64,000 bases of DNA from Smithella sp. (lineage in GTDB: Bacteria; Desulfobacterota; Syntrophia; Syntrophales; Smithellaceae): assembly GCA_035524255.1 (NCBI GenBank), contig DATKPG010000023.1, forward strand, positions 19,459 through 83,458, read 5' to 3'. Positions 19,739-29,071 of this stretch are shown one piece after another. Positions within the stretch are counted from its first letter, which is position 1, and the number at the start of each line of letters is the position of its first letter. Below the pieces are notes generated by a model that had not been told where the DNA came from, did no database searches, and saw only the letters and a program-made list of their open reading frames with translations. Both the position numbers and the translations under genes were made by a program.

Positions 19739-21433
19739 ATGGATTGGAAACTGAAAAAAAAATACACAACCATTCTGGAGAATGAGACCGGATATGTAAA
19801 AAAAGTTTGGGGCGACTATAATACGGTTTGCCTGGCTTATCCCAATGACTACCGGATTGGCATGGCAAATCTGGGTTTCCAAACTGTATATAATATATTT
19901 AATGATCTACCTTCCTTTCTTTGTGAAAGGGTATTCCTGCCCGCATCCGGGAACGAGGCCAGATTCGTTTCCGGAGCGGCGGGAATTTTTAGTCTGGAGA
20001 GCCAGAAATCTATTGCCGACTTTGACATACTGGCTTTTTCCATATCATTTGAAAATGACTACCCCAATATCTTAAAAATTCTGGATTTAGCCGGTATTCC
20101 GATACTGGCTAAAGACCGCCCGGAAAATTATCCTTTGATAATTGGCGGCGGCGTTGCCGTAACGCTTAATCCCGAGCCGCTGGCGGATTTTTTTGATTTA
20201 TTTATTCTGGGTGAAGCCGAAGAAGTTTTGCCGCAATTCGGCCTTTCTTTCGAAAAGGCGCGCCGTCTCGGTGATGATCGCCGGAATTTAGTCACAGATT
20301 TACAAAAGAAAATTAATAATGTTTACGTCCCGGGTCTGTACGAAGTAAATTATTCCACAGACTGTAAGATTCAGTCCATCGTGCCGAAAGAAGCGGGTTT
20401 TTCCAAAAAAATAAAAATAAAACATGTGAAAGATATCAATAAATTTTGCACACGGGAAGTGATCAGCGCGCCTCAAACCGAAATGGAAGATATGTTTCTG
20501 GTGGAAGTCAACCGCGGATGCGCGCGCAGCTGCCGCTTTTGCGCGGCCAGTTTTGTTTATCGCCCGGTTCGTTTCCGAAGCTTCGCGGAAATCGTCGCCT
20601 CGATTGATTGCGGTTTAAAAAGAAAAAAGAAAATTGGACTGGTTGGAACAGCCGTCTCCGAGCACCCCGATCTCATGAATATCTGTGAATACATCATCGC
20701 GCAAAAAGCGCAGGCAGGTCTTGGTTCCCTGCGAATTGATCAGATCAATGAAAAGATTGTTGACTTGATAAAAGCCAGTGGCATCGAGACGGTCGCGCTC
20801 GCGCCGGAAGCCGGCAGTCAGAGAATGCGGGACATATTGCGCAAAGACATAACCCAGGCCGATATTTTGCGCGCCGCGGAAATACTTGCGGAGAAAGAAA
20901 TTCCCAATTTGAGGCTTTATTTTATGGTTGGTCTTCCTAAAGAAGAAGATCAGGATATAGACGCTATCATCGAACTAACCGGAAAAATTCAACATCATAT
21001 CCTCAGTAAGTATGAAGGCAAAAAAAAGTTCCGGCGCATTACGTTAAGCATTAATCAGTTTATCCCCAAGCCGGCAACTCCTTTTCAATGGTGCGCTTTG
21101 GCTGATGTTAATGCCGTGGGCAGGAAAATCAAAAAGATTGAGAATGCTTTCAGGCGGTACGGGCAGATCAAGGTTATTCACGATGTGCCGAAATGGAATT
21201 ATGTGCAGGCCCTGCTCTCTCTGGGCGATCGCCGCGTGGGAGAAATATTACTCGCCGTAAATCGTCTGGAAGGTAATTGGGCGCGGGCGTTGAAAGAAGT
21301 TAATATCAATCCCGATTTTTACGTTTACCGTCAAAAACAATCAGATGAAGTTTTGCCATGGGATATTATTGATCTGGGTGTATCCAAAAAAGCGCTGATC
21401 AGCGAATATCAAATAGCAACGAAAGAAACTTGA
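19739..21433 (+). CDS. radical SAM protein with N-terminal B12-binding-like domain
   Basis: VEVNRGCARSCRFCAAS is the CxxxCxxC [4Fe-4S]/SAM motif. The N-terminal part (AYPNDYRIGMANLGFQTVYN) resembles the TIGR03960-type radical SAM family. Confidence 0.8.
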   Translation: MDWKLKKKYTTILENETGYVKKVWGDYNTVCLAYPNDYRIGMANLGFQTVYNIFNDLPSFLCERVFLPASGNEARFVSGAAGIFSLESQKSIADFDILAFSISFENDYPNILKILDLAGIPILAKDRPENYPLIIGGGVAVTLNPEPLADFFDLFILGEAEEVLPQFGLSFEKARRLGDDRRNLVTDLQKKINNVYVPGLYEVNYSTDCKIQSIVPKEAGFSKKIKIKHVKDINKFCTREVISAPQTEMEDMFLVEVNRGCARSCRFCAASFVYRPVRFRSFAEIVASIDCGLKRKKKIGLVGTAVSEHPDLMNICEYIIAQKAQAGLGSLRIDQINEKIVDLIKASGIETVALAPEAGSQRMRDILRKDITQADILRAAEILAEKEIPNLRLYFMVGLPKEEDQDIDAIIELTGKIQHHILSKYEGKKKFRRITLSINQFIPKPATPFQWCALADVNAVGRKIKKIENAFRRYGQIKVIHDVPKWNYVQALLSLGDRRVGEILLAVNRLEGNWARALKEVNINPDFYVYRQKQSDEVLPWDIIDLGVSKKALISEYQIATKET

Positions 21434-21451
21434 CTTTGTATTCGGTGATGA

Positions 21452-21560
21452 GCGTATTCCCCGCAGCTTGTCGCGGGGTAAGCAAATGCATACAGATAAT
21501 GATTGTTCCTTAAGAATCGAAAATTCTTCGCAGCCTGCGGTGGAAATCTTCGAATCCGCA
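21452..21560 (+). repeat. repeat element copy A (hairpin-rich); inverted partner at 24975-25047
   Basis: gcgtatt...aagcaaatgcata...atgat..ttccttaagaatcgaa aligns with the reverse complement of 24992-25047. This includes a 16/16 core, ttccttaagaatcgaa (21507-21522), against rc of 24992-25007. The element also contains the ccccgc/gcgggg, aagaat/attctt and ggaaat/atttcc hairpins. Confidence 0.6.
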
Positions 21561-21577
21561 TTTCCATATTAAGTCGG

Positions 21578-22045
21578 CTATTTCTGTTTTTTTCCGGTAG
21601 TCTCGCCGGCACTGCAAACTATGTTTTTAAGTTCTTCATCGCTTGATTTACGGACTATGTTATTCCATTCATCGGAAGAGCGTGTTATGGAGGCAACAAA
21701 GTGTCCTCTTTTATCGCAAATTCTGTTCGAAGAAATTTTAATTTTTTTATTCATGCAATCCATATCAATCAATGTCAACTCGTGACTTAAAATATAAGGA
21801 TTGCCCGGTGCTTTCCCTATTTTTTTTAATAACGAAAACTCCCTTAATTTCCCTTGTTCACTGTACGTTTTCTTAGTCCATACATGGACGATACTTTTAT
21901 TTTCTTTTTTAAGGCTTTTTTGATCATAATATATATTACCGCCTGCGGATGAAGCAAAAAGTTTCCAGTCCGCGGCCCATGCATGATTGGCTAATAATGG
22001 AATAATGACTAAACAAATAATGCCGTAAACATTATTTACTTTCAT
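21578..22045 (-). CDS. secreted protein of unknown function (surface-adhesin protein-E-like pattern)
   Basis: Signal peptide MKVNNVYGIICLVIIPLLANHAWA; a GGAGGG RBS upstream of ATG 22045; W-x-x-...YYD..S pattern. No recognisable enzymatic motif. Confidence 0.55.
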   Translation of the reverse strand: MKVNNVYGIICLVIIPLLANHAWAADWKLFASSAGGNIYYDQKSLKKENKSIVHVWTKKTYSEQGKLREFSLLKKIGKAPGNPYILSHELTLIDMDCMNKKIKISSNRICDKRGHFVASITRSSDEWNNIVRKSSDEELKNIVCSAGETTGKKQK

Positions 22046-22258
22046 GGTATAACCCTCCAACCCTTAATATACAATTTTTTTACTTTTTCCGGTATTTTGA
22101 ATGTTACAATAACATAAGTAATGTTCATTTCAATGAAATCTTCATAAAATGAATCATCAGAAAAAATATTGATAACACGGGAGATATATATATCACTGAA
22201 TGATATTGCGGCTGGAACAGGCATTTGGTTTTATCCTGTTCCAGCCGCAAGCGAAATT

Positions 22259-23014
22259 TTATTTAGCGGTATAGCCGCGGCTGTCAAGGCAGGCTGCCAT
22301 GGCCCTTTGATAATCAGAACGTTTTTGTATGACCTGATCAGCCGGTATTCCGGAGATATTCGTCGGATCATAATTTGTCTGGCCTACCGCCCATTTGTGG
22401 CATTCAAAACGATCATTGGCTTGCTGCTCCTCACTCTGGCCTTTACGCGGATAGATGAACATTTTGCTTTCCACGCTGTCATCAGTAAGTGGTGGTGTTT
22501 CACTGACATCGCCCTGAGGCGGCTCTGTAACTACATAACCTCCGTCCGTTTGCGTGTAATATGTATCGTTGGCATAATAGTAGGGCATTCCCTGTATCCA
22601 AATTGTAGTATAATAAAGAGGCAAAAATGGAACGAATAATCCAAAAGGGGCATCAACCACAAGATATCGTCCACGGTACCATCTGTACCAGACTCCATGG
22701 GAATGGTAATATCGCGAATGGTCGTACGTAAATACGCGATGGTCTCTGGGGATGGATCTGACCGACTGACCGTGCATCGGATATGAACGATTATGCTGAT
22801 AGCGGGAATCAACAAAATTGCCGTGCTGAGACACCGGCGTCTGTCTGACACCTTGAGACATTGTTCGTCCTGAAGATAGCCCCTGCATTCGTCCATGACC
22901 ACCGTGACTTTCGGCTTGCGCCTGCCCAGCAAAACAGCATAAGCTGATCCCTGATAACATCAATATCGATAATGAAACGGCAAAATGTCGCTTTAAATTA
23001 AAATGATATGACAT
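22259..23014 (-). CDS. exported His/Tyr/Arg-rich protein (DUF6515-like) with C-terminal YP-x-x-GQS...RGYT module
   Basis: Signal peptide ending AGQAQA. The central GVWYRWYRGRYLVVDAPFGLFVPFLP...MPYYYANDTYY is typical of a conserved hypothetical family. The C-terminal FIYPRKGQSEEQQANDRFECHKWA...YQRAMAACLDSRGYTAK is paralogous to the next gene. Confidence 0.6.
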   Translation of the reverse strand: MSYHFNLKRHFAVSLSILMLSGISLCCFAGQAQAESHGGHGRMQGLSSGRTMSQGVRQTPVSQHGNFVDSRYQHNRSYPMHGQSVRSIPRDHRVFTYDHSRYYHSHGVWYRWYRGRYLVVDAPFGLFVPFLPLYYTTIWIQGMPYYYANDTYYTQTDGGYVVTEPPQGDVSETPPLTDDSVESKMFIYPRKGQSEEQQANDRFECHKWAVGQTNYDPTNISGIPADQVIQKRSDYQRAMAACLDSRGYTAK

Positions 23015-23047
23015 GATAATAACCTCCTTATTTGCAGATAAGAAAAT

Positions 23048-23647
23048 CTATTTCACGGTATATCCGCGGCCTTCAAGACAGGCCGACATTGCTCTGCGAA
23101 ATTGCAGAGCTCTTTTTTCCTTATGAAGATCTATTGCCTCATTATGATTTTGATAAGCTTCTTCCATTTGTTTTGCTGATTCCTCGCGCGAAATATCCGA
23201 AGTTGCTCCCAGCATGGCGCCGCTTGCTGCTCCGATTAAAGCTCCGCCTCCGGCATGACGCGGACCGGCAATTAATGCTCCCAGCACCGCTCCGGCAATG
23301 GACATGACGATTGTATCATGTCCCGGCGGCGGCATGGGAACAACGCGGACACGCTGCTCCGGTTCGATGGACGACTCGCTCGGATCAAAGCCGGTTTGAT
23401 CCATTGCCCAGTTATAACAAGCATAGTGATCTTTAGATTGTTGTTGGGTCGATTGACCCTTGGTAGGATAAAAATAAATTTGGGTAATGGCGGTAATATT
23501 TTGATTCTGCGCCGATTGTGCGACAACCTGATTTTGGGCCGGATAATAACATGAACTCAATAATAAGATCGCGGAAAGTAACGAAAACCCGCCGAAATGT
23601 CTATTCTTAGCTAAATAACGTATTTTTTTAAAGATTTTGATATTCAT
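23048..23647 (-). CDS. lipoprotein with glycine-zipper segment flanked by the same YP-x-x-GQS / RGYTVK module
   Basis: Lipobox LLSSC; IYFYPTKGQSTQQQSKDHYACYNWA; glycine zipper GAVLGALIAGPRHAGGGALIGAASGAMLGA; C-terminal FRRAMSACLEGRGYTVK. Confidence 0.65.
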   Translation of the reverse strand: MNIKIFKKIRYLAKNRHFGGFSLLSAILLLSSCYYPAQNQVVAQSAQNQNITAITQIYFYPTKGQSTQQQSKDHYACYNWAMDQTGFDPSESSIEPEQRVRVVPMPPPGHDTIVMSIAGAVLGALIAGPRHAGGGALIGAASGAMLGATSDISREESAKQMEEAYQNHNEAIDLHKEKRALQFRRAMSACLEGRGYTVK

Positions 23648-23982
23648 GGCTATTTCTCTCCCTTTTAAAAAATGTACGTATTGTTGTGTTTAAGATTTTC
23701 GTTCTTTATAACATTTTTCCTTACTAAATTAAATTAATTTGTCTCTTTATTAAAAGCAATGATCATGCGATATCGGTGTGGATAAAAGGTAAAGTTATGT
23801 TGTAGTATTTGGGTAAGTATATTCCCTCCTCTTGATGGGGATCGTTGCCGTCATGAATTTAATCGCCAATGGTGTCGGTTATGAGAGAGTAAAGAAAGTA
23901 AGGTTGAGCACCGTACCGGGCAAGTATGAAGAAATATTTCCCGACACGGATTAAATTCTATGCTGCTTTAAATAGAGTTATT

Positions 23983-24029
23983 AAAAAAAGGAATATGGAG
24001 TTTATAAATAATCCATATCCCTTTTTTTA
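23983..24029 (-). terminator. rho-independent (bidirectional) terminator downstream of the 24043-24723 gene
   Basis: Stem ggaatatgga (23990-23999) pairs with tccatatccc (24012-24021), with one mismatch. It is flanked by an A-run on the left and a T-run on the right. Confidence 0.6.
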
Positions 24030-24042
24030 TATGCCTTAATGA

Positions 24043-24723
24043 TTATTTGGCTTTAGCCGGAGCTTTAGCCGGAGCCGGAGTGGCCGCGGCCGCCGGAGCT
24101 GTCGCCGGAGCCGGAGCAGCCGCCGGAGCTACCACCGGGGCCGGAACGCTCATTCCCAGAGCCCCCATAATATTTATCACTTTATCTTTTACGGAACCTG
24201 CCACATTGATTGCGTCGGTGAATTTTGAATTTTTAAAGCTTTCCTGCGCTTTTGTCCACTCATCTTTAGCAGAGGCCAGTCCTGCCTTGGCTTCTTCAAA
24301 TTTATCCTTGGTCAGTTTGGCCGGAAGTCTTTTGAGTTTGGAGAGAGAATCCAATTTCGCCTGAACGTCTTCAATCATTTTAGGAAGGTCCTGGCTTGCT
24401 TCCGTCCATTTTTTGGTCAGTTCTTCTTTTTTGATTTTAGCGGCAGCCATTACGCCCTTTGCTTTGACAGGAAGAAGAGTTGCTTCGTCCAGAGCGGCTT
24501 TATATTCGCCTTTGGCAAATTTCTCTTTAGCGGCAGCCAGAGAATCTTCCAATAATTTTACCTGATCAGGAACTATCTTGGCTGCATCATCTTTAGTTGC
24601 GTTAATGGCTGTTTCGGCTGCTTTAATAGCCAGGTCCGCCGGGTCTTTATCTCTGGAACAGGAAATTAAAAAAAATGCACTCACAAACATGACAATGGCT
24701 AAACTTAATATTTTCTTATTCAT
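24043..24723 (-). CDS. coiled-coil lipoprotein with Ala/Pro-rich C-terminal tail
   Basis: Start ATG 24723 (MNKKILSLAIVMFVSAFFLISC lipobox) with an AAAGGA RBS. The mature part is Lys/Ala/Glu-rich and helical. The tail is APAPVVAPAAAPAPATAPAAAATPAPAKAPAKAK. Confidence 0.65.
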   Translation of the reverse strand: MNKKILSLAIVMFVSAFFLISCSRDKDPADLAIKAAETAINATKDDAAKIVPDQVKLLEDSLAAAKEKFAKGEYKAALDEATLLPVKAKGVMAAAKIKKEELTKKWTEASQDLPKMIEDVQAKLDSLSKLKRLPAKLTKDKFEEAKAGLASAKDEWTKAQESFKNSKFTDAINVAGSVKDKVINIMGALGMSVPAPVVAPAAAPAPATAPAAAATPAPAKAPAKAK

Positions 24724-24974
24724 AATAAAATATCCTTTCACAGTTTTATTTTTTTCTGAGTACGAACATGATATATTCATACCAGATAATTTATTTTTGA
24801 CGTATTGAGTCGTGCTTTTTCACGATCAGCTTCGCTCAATTCCTTATTATGAGCCGCGTAACTTCACCTCCTTTCTTCTTTTACTATTAATTTTTTTTCT
24901 TTAAACCGTCAACTGAAAAATTCACATTGATCATGGATTTCTCAGTGTGAACGATACAATCGACGCCCTTCATG

Positions 24975-25047
24975 GCAAGCCTGGAAAAACCTTCGATTCT
25001 TAAGGAATTATATCATTATGTATTTGCCTGCCAATTCCGCAATACGC
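24975..25047 (-). repeat. repeat element copy B (inverted relative to 21452-21560)
   Basis: Reverse complement reads gcgtatt gcggaattggcaggcaaatacataatgatataattccttaagaatcgaaggttttt. It shares the gcgtatt end, a gcaaat-cata block and the 16-nt core with copy A. Confidence 0.55.
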
Positions 25048-25158
25048 GAAAGTGTTTTCACAGGCTTGTGAATTCAAATTCTTATTTTGATTGTGTGGCA
25101 CATGTAAAGCAAATTCAGGGATGGTGAAAGTATTAAAAATATATTAAGATTACACGCG

Positions 25159-26460
25159 ATGCAAATGATTTCTCCAAAACATTTTAGAAGTAAGCCCGCT
25201 GGATTAAAGGTGATTTTTCGTTCGCTGCAATACAGGAATTTTCGGCTTTTTTTCGGCGGACAAAGTATTTCGTTGATCGGGACCTGGATACAGCAAATTG
25301 CGACGCCCTGGCTGGTTTACCATCTCACCGGCTCTGTTTTTCTGCTGGGCGTGGTTGGTTTTGCCGGACAGATACCGATATTCTTAATATCTCCTTTTGC
25401 GGGCGTTATGACTGACCGCTGGAACCGTTATCACATATTAATCACGACCCAGATTCTTTCGATGATACAAGCGCTGCTCATGGCATTACTTTTTTTTACC
25501 GGAGTCATAAAAATCTGGCAGATCATATTTTTAAGTTTATTTCTCGGCTGCATAAACGCCTGCGACACCCCGGCCCGCCAGTCGTTTTTTATAGAAATGG
25601 TGGAGAAAAAGAAAGATCTGGCCAATGCGATAGCCCTAAACTCTTCGATGGTCAATGCCGCGAGATTACTGGGGCCCTCCATTGCCGGTATGTTGATAGC
25701 TTTTACAAATGAAGGAATTTGTTTTCTTATTAATGGCATAAGCTATATTTTTGTTATTGGATCTCTTCTATCCATGAAAATTGCCCCGAGAAAAGTGATC
25801 CGCCGAGATACCCGTGTTTTACAGGAGTTAAAAGATGGATATTCTTATGTGTTTGGATTTGCGCCTGTAAAATATATTATTCTGATGCTTGGACTGTCCA
25901 GCTTAATGGGAATGCCGTTTTCTGTACTTATGCCTGTCTTTGCTAAAGTAATATTTCACGGCGGTTCGCATACTTTCGGCTTTCTTATGGGAGCTTCAGG
26001 TATAGGCGCGCTTAGTGCCGCGCTTTATCTGGCTTCCAGAAAAAACGTTTTGGGGCTTTTCAGAAGGATTCCACTGGCCGCTGGTATTTTTGGTTCAGGA
26101 CTTATTATATTTTCTTTTTCCCGGCTCTATTTACTATCACTTATATTGATGGCATTGACGGGATTTGGAATGATGCTGCAGATGGCATCCAGCAACACTA
26201 TTTTGCAAACCGTAGTTGATGATGATAAACGCGGTCGTGTGATGAGCTTTTACACAATGGCATTCATGGGCACAGCGCCCTTTGGCAGTTTACTGGCGGG
26301 AGGATTGGCGCATGTTATAGGAGCTCCATACACCATATTGATAGGAGGAATATCCATCGTTATTGGCGCTGTTTTTTTCGCGTGCGAACTTCCCAGGCTA
26401 AGGAAAATGATCCGTTCGGTATATGCAAAACTGGGCATCATTACGCCGGAATTATTATAA
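25159..26460 (+). CDS. MFS transporter (MFS_3 / enterobactin-exporter-like family)
   Basis: About 12 predicted TM segments. The N-terminal FRNFRLFFGGQSISLIGTWIQQIA and MTDRWNR motifs are typical of this MFS subfamily. Confidence 0.8.
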   Translation: MQMISPKHFRSKPAGLKVIFRSLQYRNFRLFFGGQSISLIGTWIQQIATPWLVYHLTGSVFLLGVVGFAGQIPIFLISPFAGVMTDRWNRYHILITTQILSMIQALLMALLFFTGVIKIWQIIFLSLFLGCINACDTPARQSFFIEMVEKKKDLANAIALNSSMVNAARLLGPSIAGMLIAFTNEGICFLINGISYIFVIGSLLSMKIAPRKVIRRDTRVLQELKDGYSYVFGFAPVKYIILMLGLSSLMGMPFSVLMPVFAKVIFHGGSHTFGFLMGASGIGALSAALYLASRKNVLGLFRRIPLAAGIFGSGLIIFSFSRLYLLSLILMALTGFGMMLQMASSNTILQTVVDDDKRGRVMSFYTMAFMGTAPFGSLLAGGLAHVIGAPYTILIGGISIVIGAVFFACELPRLRKMIRSVYAKLGIITPELL

Positions 26461-26614
26461 GGAATATTGACTCCCACAAGATTAAAACGTTACTTCTTTT
26501 TAATATCTTCACGATATTTTTCTCTTGTCATCTATCATATCCATATAGTATATCTCGCCATATTTTGGTGTACAAATATCGGGACATGTTCTGTTAAATA
26601 ATTTTGAGGGTTTC

Positions 26615-27403
26615 ATGAATATTTTTCAATCTGTAGTTTTAGGGCTGGTGCAGGGACTGGGCGAATTTTTGCCAATATCAAGCTCGGCGCATCTGATATT
26701 GGTTCCCTGGCTTTTTAAATGGGAAGATCCGGGGCTGACGTTCGATATTGCCCTGCATGTCGGTACGCTTATCGCCGTCATTCTCTATTTCTGGAGAGAT
26801 TGGCTGAATTTGATCAGTAAAGGTTTGACGAAACCGAAAGATAGGGAAGGAAAGTTATTCTGGTATCTGGTTTTTGCGACAATTCCCGGCGCGATTATTG
26901 GCTACCTGCTGGAGCACAAGGCCGAAACGGCTTTCCGCAATCCTGTTTTAATTGCGTTTATGCTGATCCTGATGGGGGGCGTTCTCTATCTCGTAGATCG
27001 AAAGAGCAGGAAACAAGTGGACATGGAGCAGATATCCCTGAAAACGAGTTTTCTGATTGGTTTATCTCAGGCGCTGGCGATTATTCCCGGTGTATCGCGT
27101 TCCGGCATAACGATGACTACGGCATTGGCCCTCGGCATGACCAGAGAGGGAGCCGCACGCTTTTCTTTCCTTTTATCCGCGCCCATTATTTTTGGCGCTG
27201 CGGCATTAAAGATACCGGAGATTATTGCTAACCCGTCAGTAATCAATACTTCGTTCATTGTGGGCACATCCGTGGCCTGTATATCCGGCCTTGCCAGTAT
27301 CGGATTTCTTCTGCATTACGTTCAGAAAAAAACATTTTTACCCTTCGCCTGGTACCGGTTTATTATAGGCGTGCTGGTTATAATTATAGCATGTATCAGA
27401 TAG
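26615..27403 (+). CDS. uppP: undecaprenyl-diphosphate phosphatase UppP (BacA)
   Basis: GLVQGLGEFLPISSSAHL and PGVSRSGITMT motifs. Confidence 0.93.
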   Translation: MNIFQSVVLGLVQGLGEFLPISSSAHLILVPWLFKWEDPGLTFDIALHVGTLIAVILYFWRDWLNLISKGLTKPKDREGKLFWYLVFATIPGAIIGYLLEHKAETAFRNPVLIAFMLILMGGVLYLVDRKSRKQVDMEQISLKTSFLIGLSQALAIIPGVSRSGITMTTALALGMTREGAARFSFLLSAPIIFGAAALKIPEIIANPSVINTSFIVGTSVACISGLASIGFLLHYVQKKTFLPFAWYRFIIGVLVIIIACIR

Positions 27404-27535
27404 TAGAAGCCTATCGCGCCATTAATATTGCGGTACGAGAAATGCCTTTTTGAAATTTTAAAGTAATCTAATACATAAAGTGTGCTCATGATCAGACGGG
27501 CAACCGGGACGCCTGCATAAAAAGAGGAGTTCATT

Positions 27536-28924
27536 ATGGAAGAAAAAGAAAAGAAAACACATAATCGGAGCGGGTTTTCATTTTTTAAAATTTTACGGCC
27601 CGGCTTAAACAAACTAAAGGTAATGTTTGCGGAGACATTTGGGCTCGGCCCGGGTGTTGCGCTTAGCGCCGTTATTTTTACTGCATTGGTTATCGTTATT
27701 GCCGCTTTCTTATTTTTTTACTTCGCGCCTCCCAATACTATTATTATTACCAGCGGCGATGAGGGCAGCAGCTTCCAGAGAAATTCCGAAAAATATGCTA
27801 AAATTCTGGCTCGTAACGGCGTAAAACTGAAAATACTTAGATCCGAAGGATCGCTTCAGAATCTCGAAAGATTGGATAATCCATCATTTCGCGTCGACGT
27901 TGGCTTTGTTCAAACCGGTGTAGCCAAAGGACAAAATACTGATCACCTCGTATCCCTGGGCAGCATTTCTTATGAACCTCTCTTCATTTTCTATCGAAGT
28001 TCCAAATCTCTTGATGTGCTTTCTGAATTTGAAGGAAAGCGTTTGGCTATCGGTGAAGTCGGGACGGGAACGCAGGTGCTGGCATTGGAGCTTCTCGCAC
28101 TCAATGGTATTAAAAAAGGCGGCAGCACAAAACTTCTGGAAGTTGACGATGAAGAGGCTGAAAAGGAACTGCTGGAAGGCAAAATTGACGCCGCATTCAT
28201 GATGAGCGATTCCGCATCTTCCAAAACACTGCATGAACTTATGCATAAACCGGGAATAAGGCTTTTTGATTTTAGCCAGGCTGATGCCTATATCCGGCGT
28301 ATCCACTATCTCAACAAGATAATTTTGCCGAAGGGTTCCCTTGATTTTGGCAAAAACATTCCTGATCGGGATATCAATCTTGTAAGCCCCACGGTGGAAC
28401 TCATTGCGCGTTCAAATCTCCATCCGGCGCTCTCCGATCTTCTTCTGGAAGCGGCAACTGAAGTCCATTCCGGTCCGTCACTGACACACAAGCGCGGTGA
28501 GTTTCCGGCGCCTCTTGAGCATGAATACCGGATCAGCTCCGATGCGGCACGCTTCTATAAATCCGGTAAAAGTTTTCTGTATAAATATCTTCCCTTCTGG
28601 CTGGCAACCATCTTTGATCGTATCCTGGTGGTTTTTGTGCCGATGCTTTTGATTCTGATTCCCGGACTGAAAAGCATTCCCGCGCTTTACCAGTGGCGCA
28701 TGAGGTTACGCATCCTGCGATGGTATCGCGCATTGCTTGTACTGGAAGAAGGCATGACCACACAAATTACTCAAGAGAGGCATAAGGAACTTGTAGAGCG
28801 GCTCGATCAAATCGAGCAGGCGGTCAACAAGATGAAAATGCCGGCATCATTTGCCGATCAATTTTATTCGCTGCGCAGCCATATTTCCATTGTTCGTGAA
28901 AGGTTGATCAACAGCATACATTGA
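27536..28924 (+). CDS. TAXI-family (TRAP-type) solute-binding-like protein with N- and C-terminal membrane anchors
   Basis: After an N-terminal TM segment, the central region fits the TAXI receptor pattern: SEGSLQNLERL...VDVGFVQTG...YEPLFIFYR...FEGKRLAIGEVGTGTQVLALELLALNGI. A C-terminal TM segment (LPFWLATIFDRILVVFVPMLLILIPG) and a helical tail follow. Confidence 0.6.
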   Translation: MEEKEKKTHNRSGFSFFKILRPGLNKLKVMFAETFGLGPGVALSAVIFTALVIVIAAFLFFYFAPPNTIIITSGDEGSSFQRNSEKYAKILARNGVKLKILRSEGSLQNLERLDNPSFRVDVGFVQTGVAKGQNTDHLVSLGSISYEPLFIFYRSSKSLDVLSEFEGKRLAIGEVGTGTQVLALELLALNGIKKGGSTKLLEVDDEEAEKELLEGKIDAAFMMSDSASSKTLHELMHKPGIRLFDFSQADAYIRRIHYLNKIILPKGSLDFGKNIPDRDINLVSPTVELIARSNLHPALSDLLLEAATEVHSGPSLTHKRGEFPAPLEHEYRISSDAARFYKSGKSFLYKYLPFWLATIFDRILVVFVPMLLILIPGLKSIPALYQWRMRLRILRWYRALLVLEEGMTTQITQERHKELVERLDQIEQAVNKMKMPASFADQFYSLRSHISIVRERLINSIH

Positions 28925-29071
28925 TTTTAAAAAAGATCGTGGGAACTTATGATTTATAAAGTTTATATCCAAAAAAATACCAGCTCTGAAAATCAATTAC
29001 TTTGATCATCAAAGCCGGTATTTTAAATTTACTGAGCGTTTCTTATATTAAATCAAACAGTTGCCATTAAA

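Noticed and set aside
22169-22639. 156-aa plus-strand ORF opposite the DUF6515-like gene. The ORFs at 23032-23307 and 23318-23554 opposite the glycine-zipper gene are similar cases.
   Set aside because: The minus-strand genes have signal peptides or lipoboxes and a shared conserved module. The plus-strand ORFs have neither motifs nor an RBS.
24047-24364. 105-aa Ala/Gly-rich plus-strand ORF.
   Set aside because: It is the reverse-frame reading of the GCCGGAGC repeat tract that encodes the Ala/Pro tail of the minus-strand lipoprotein.
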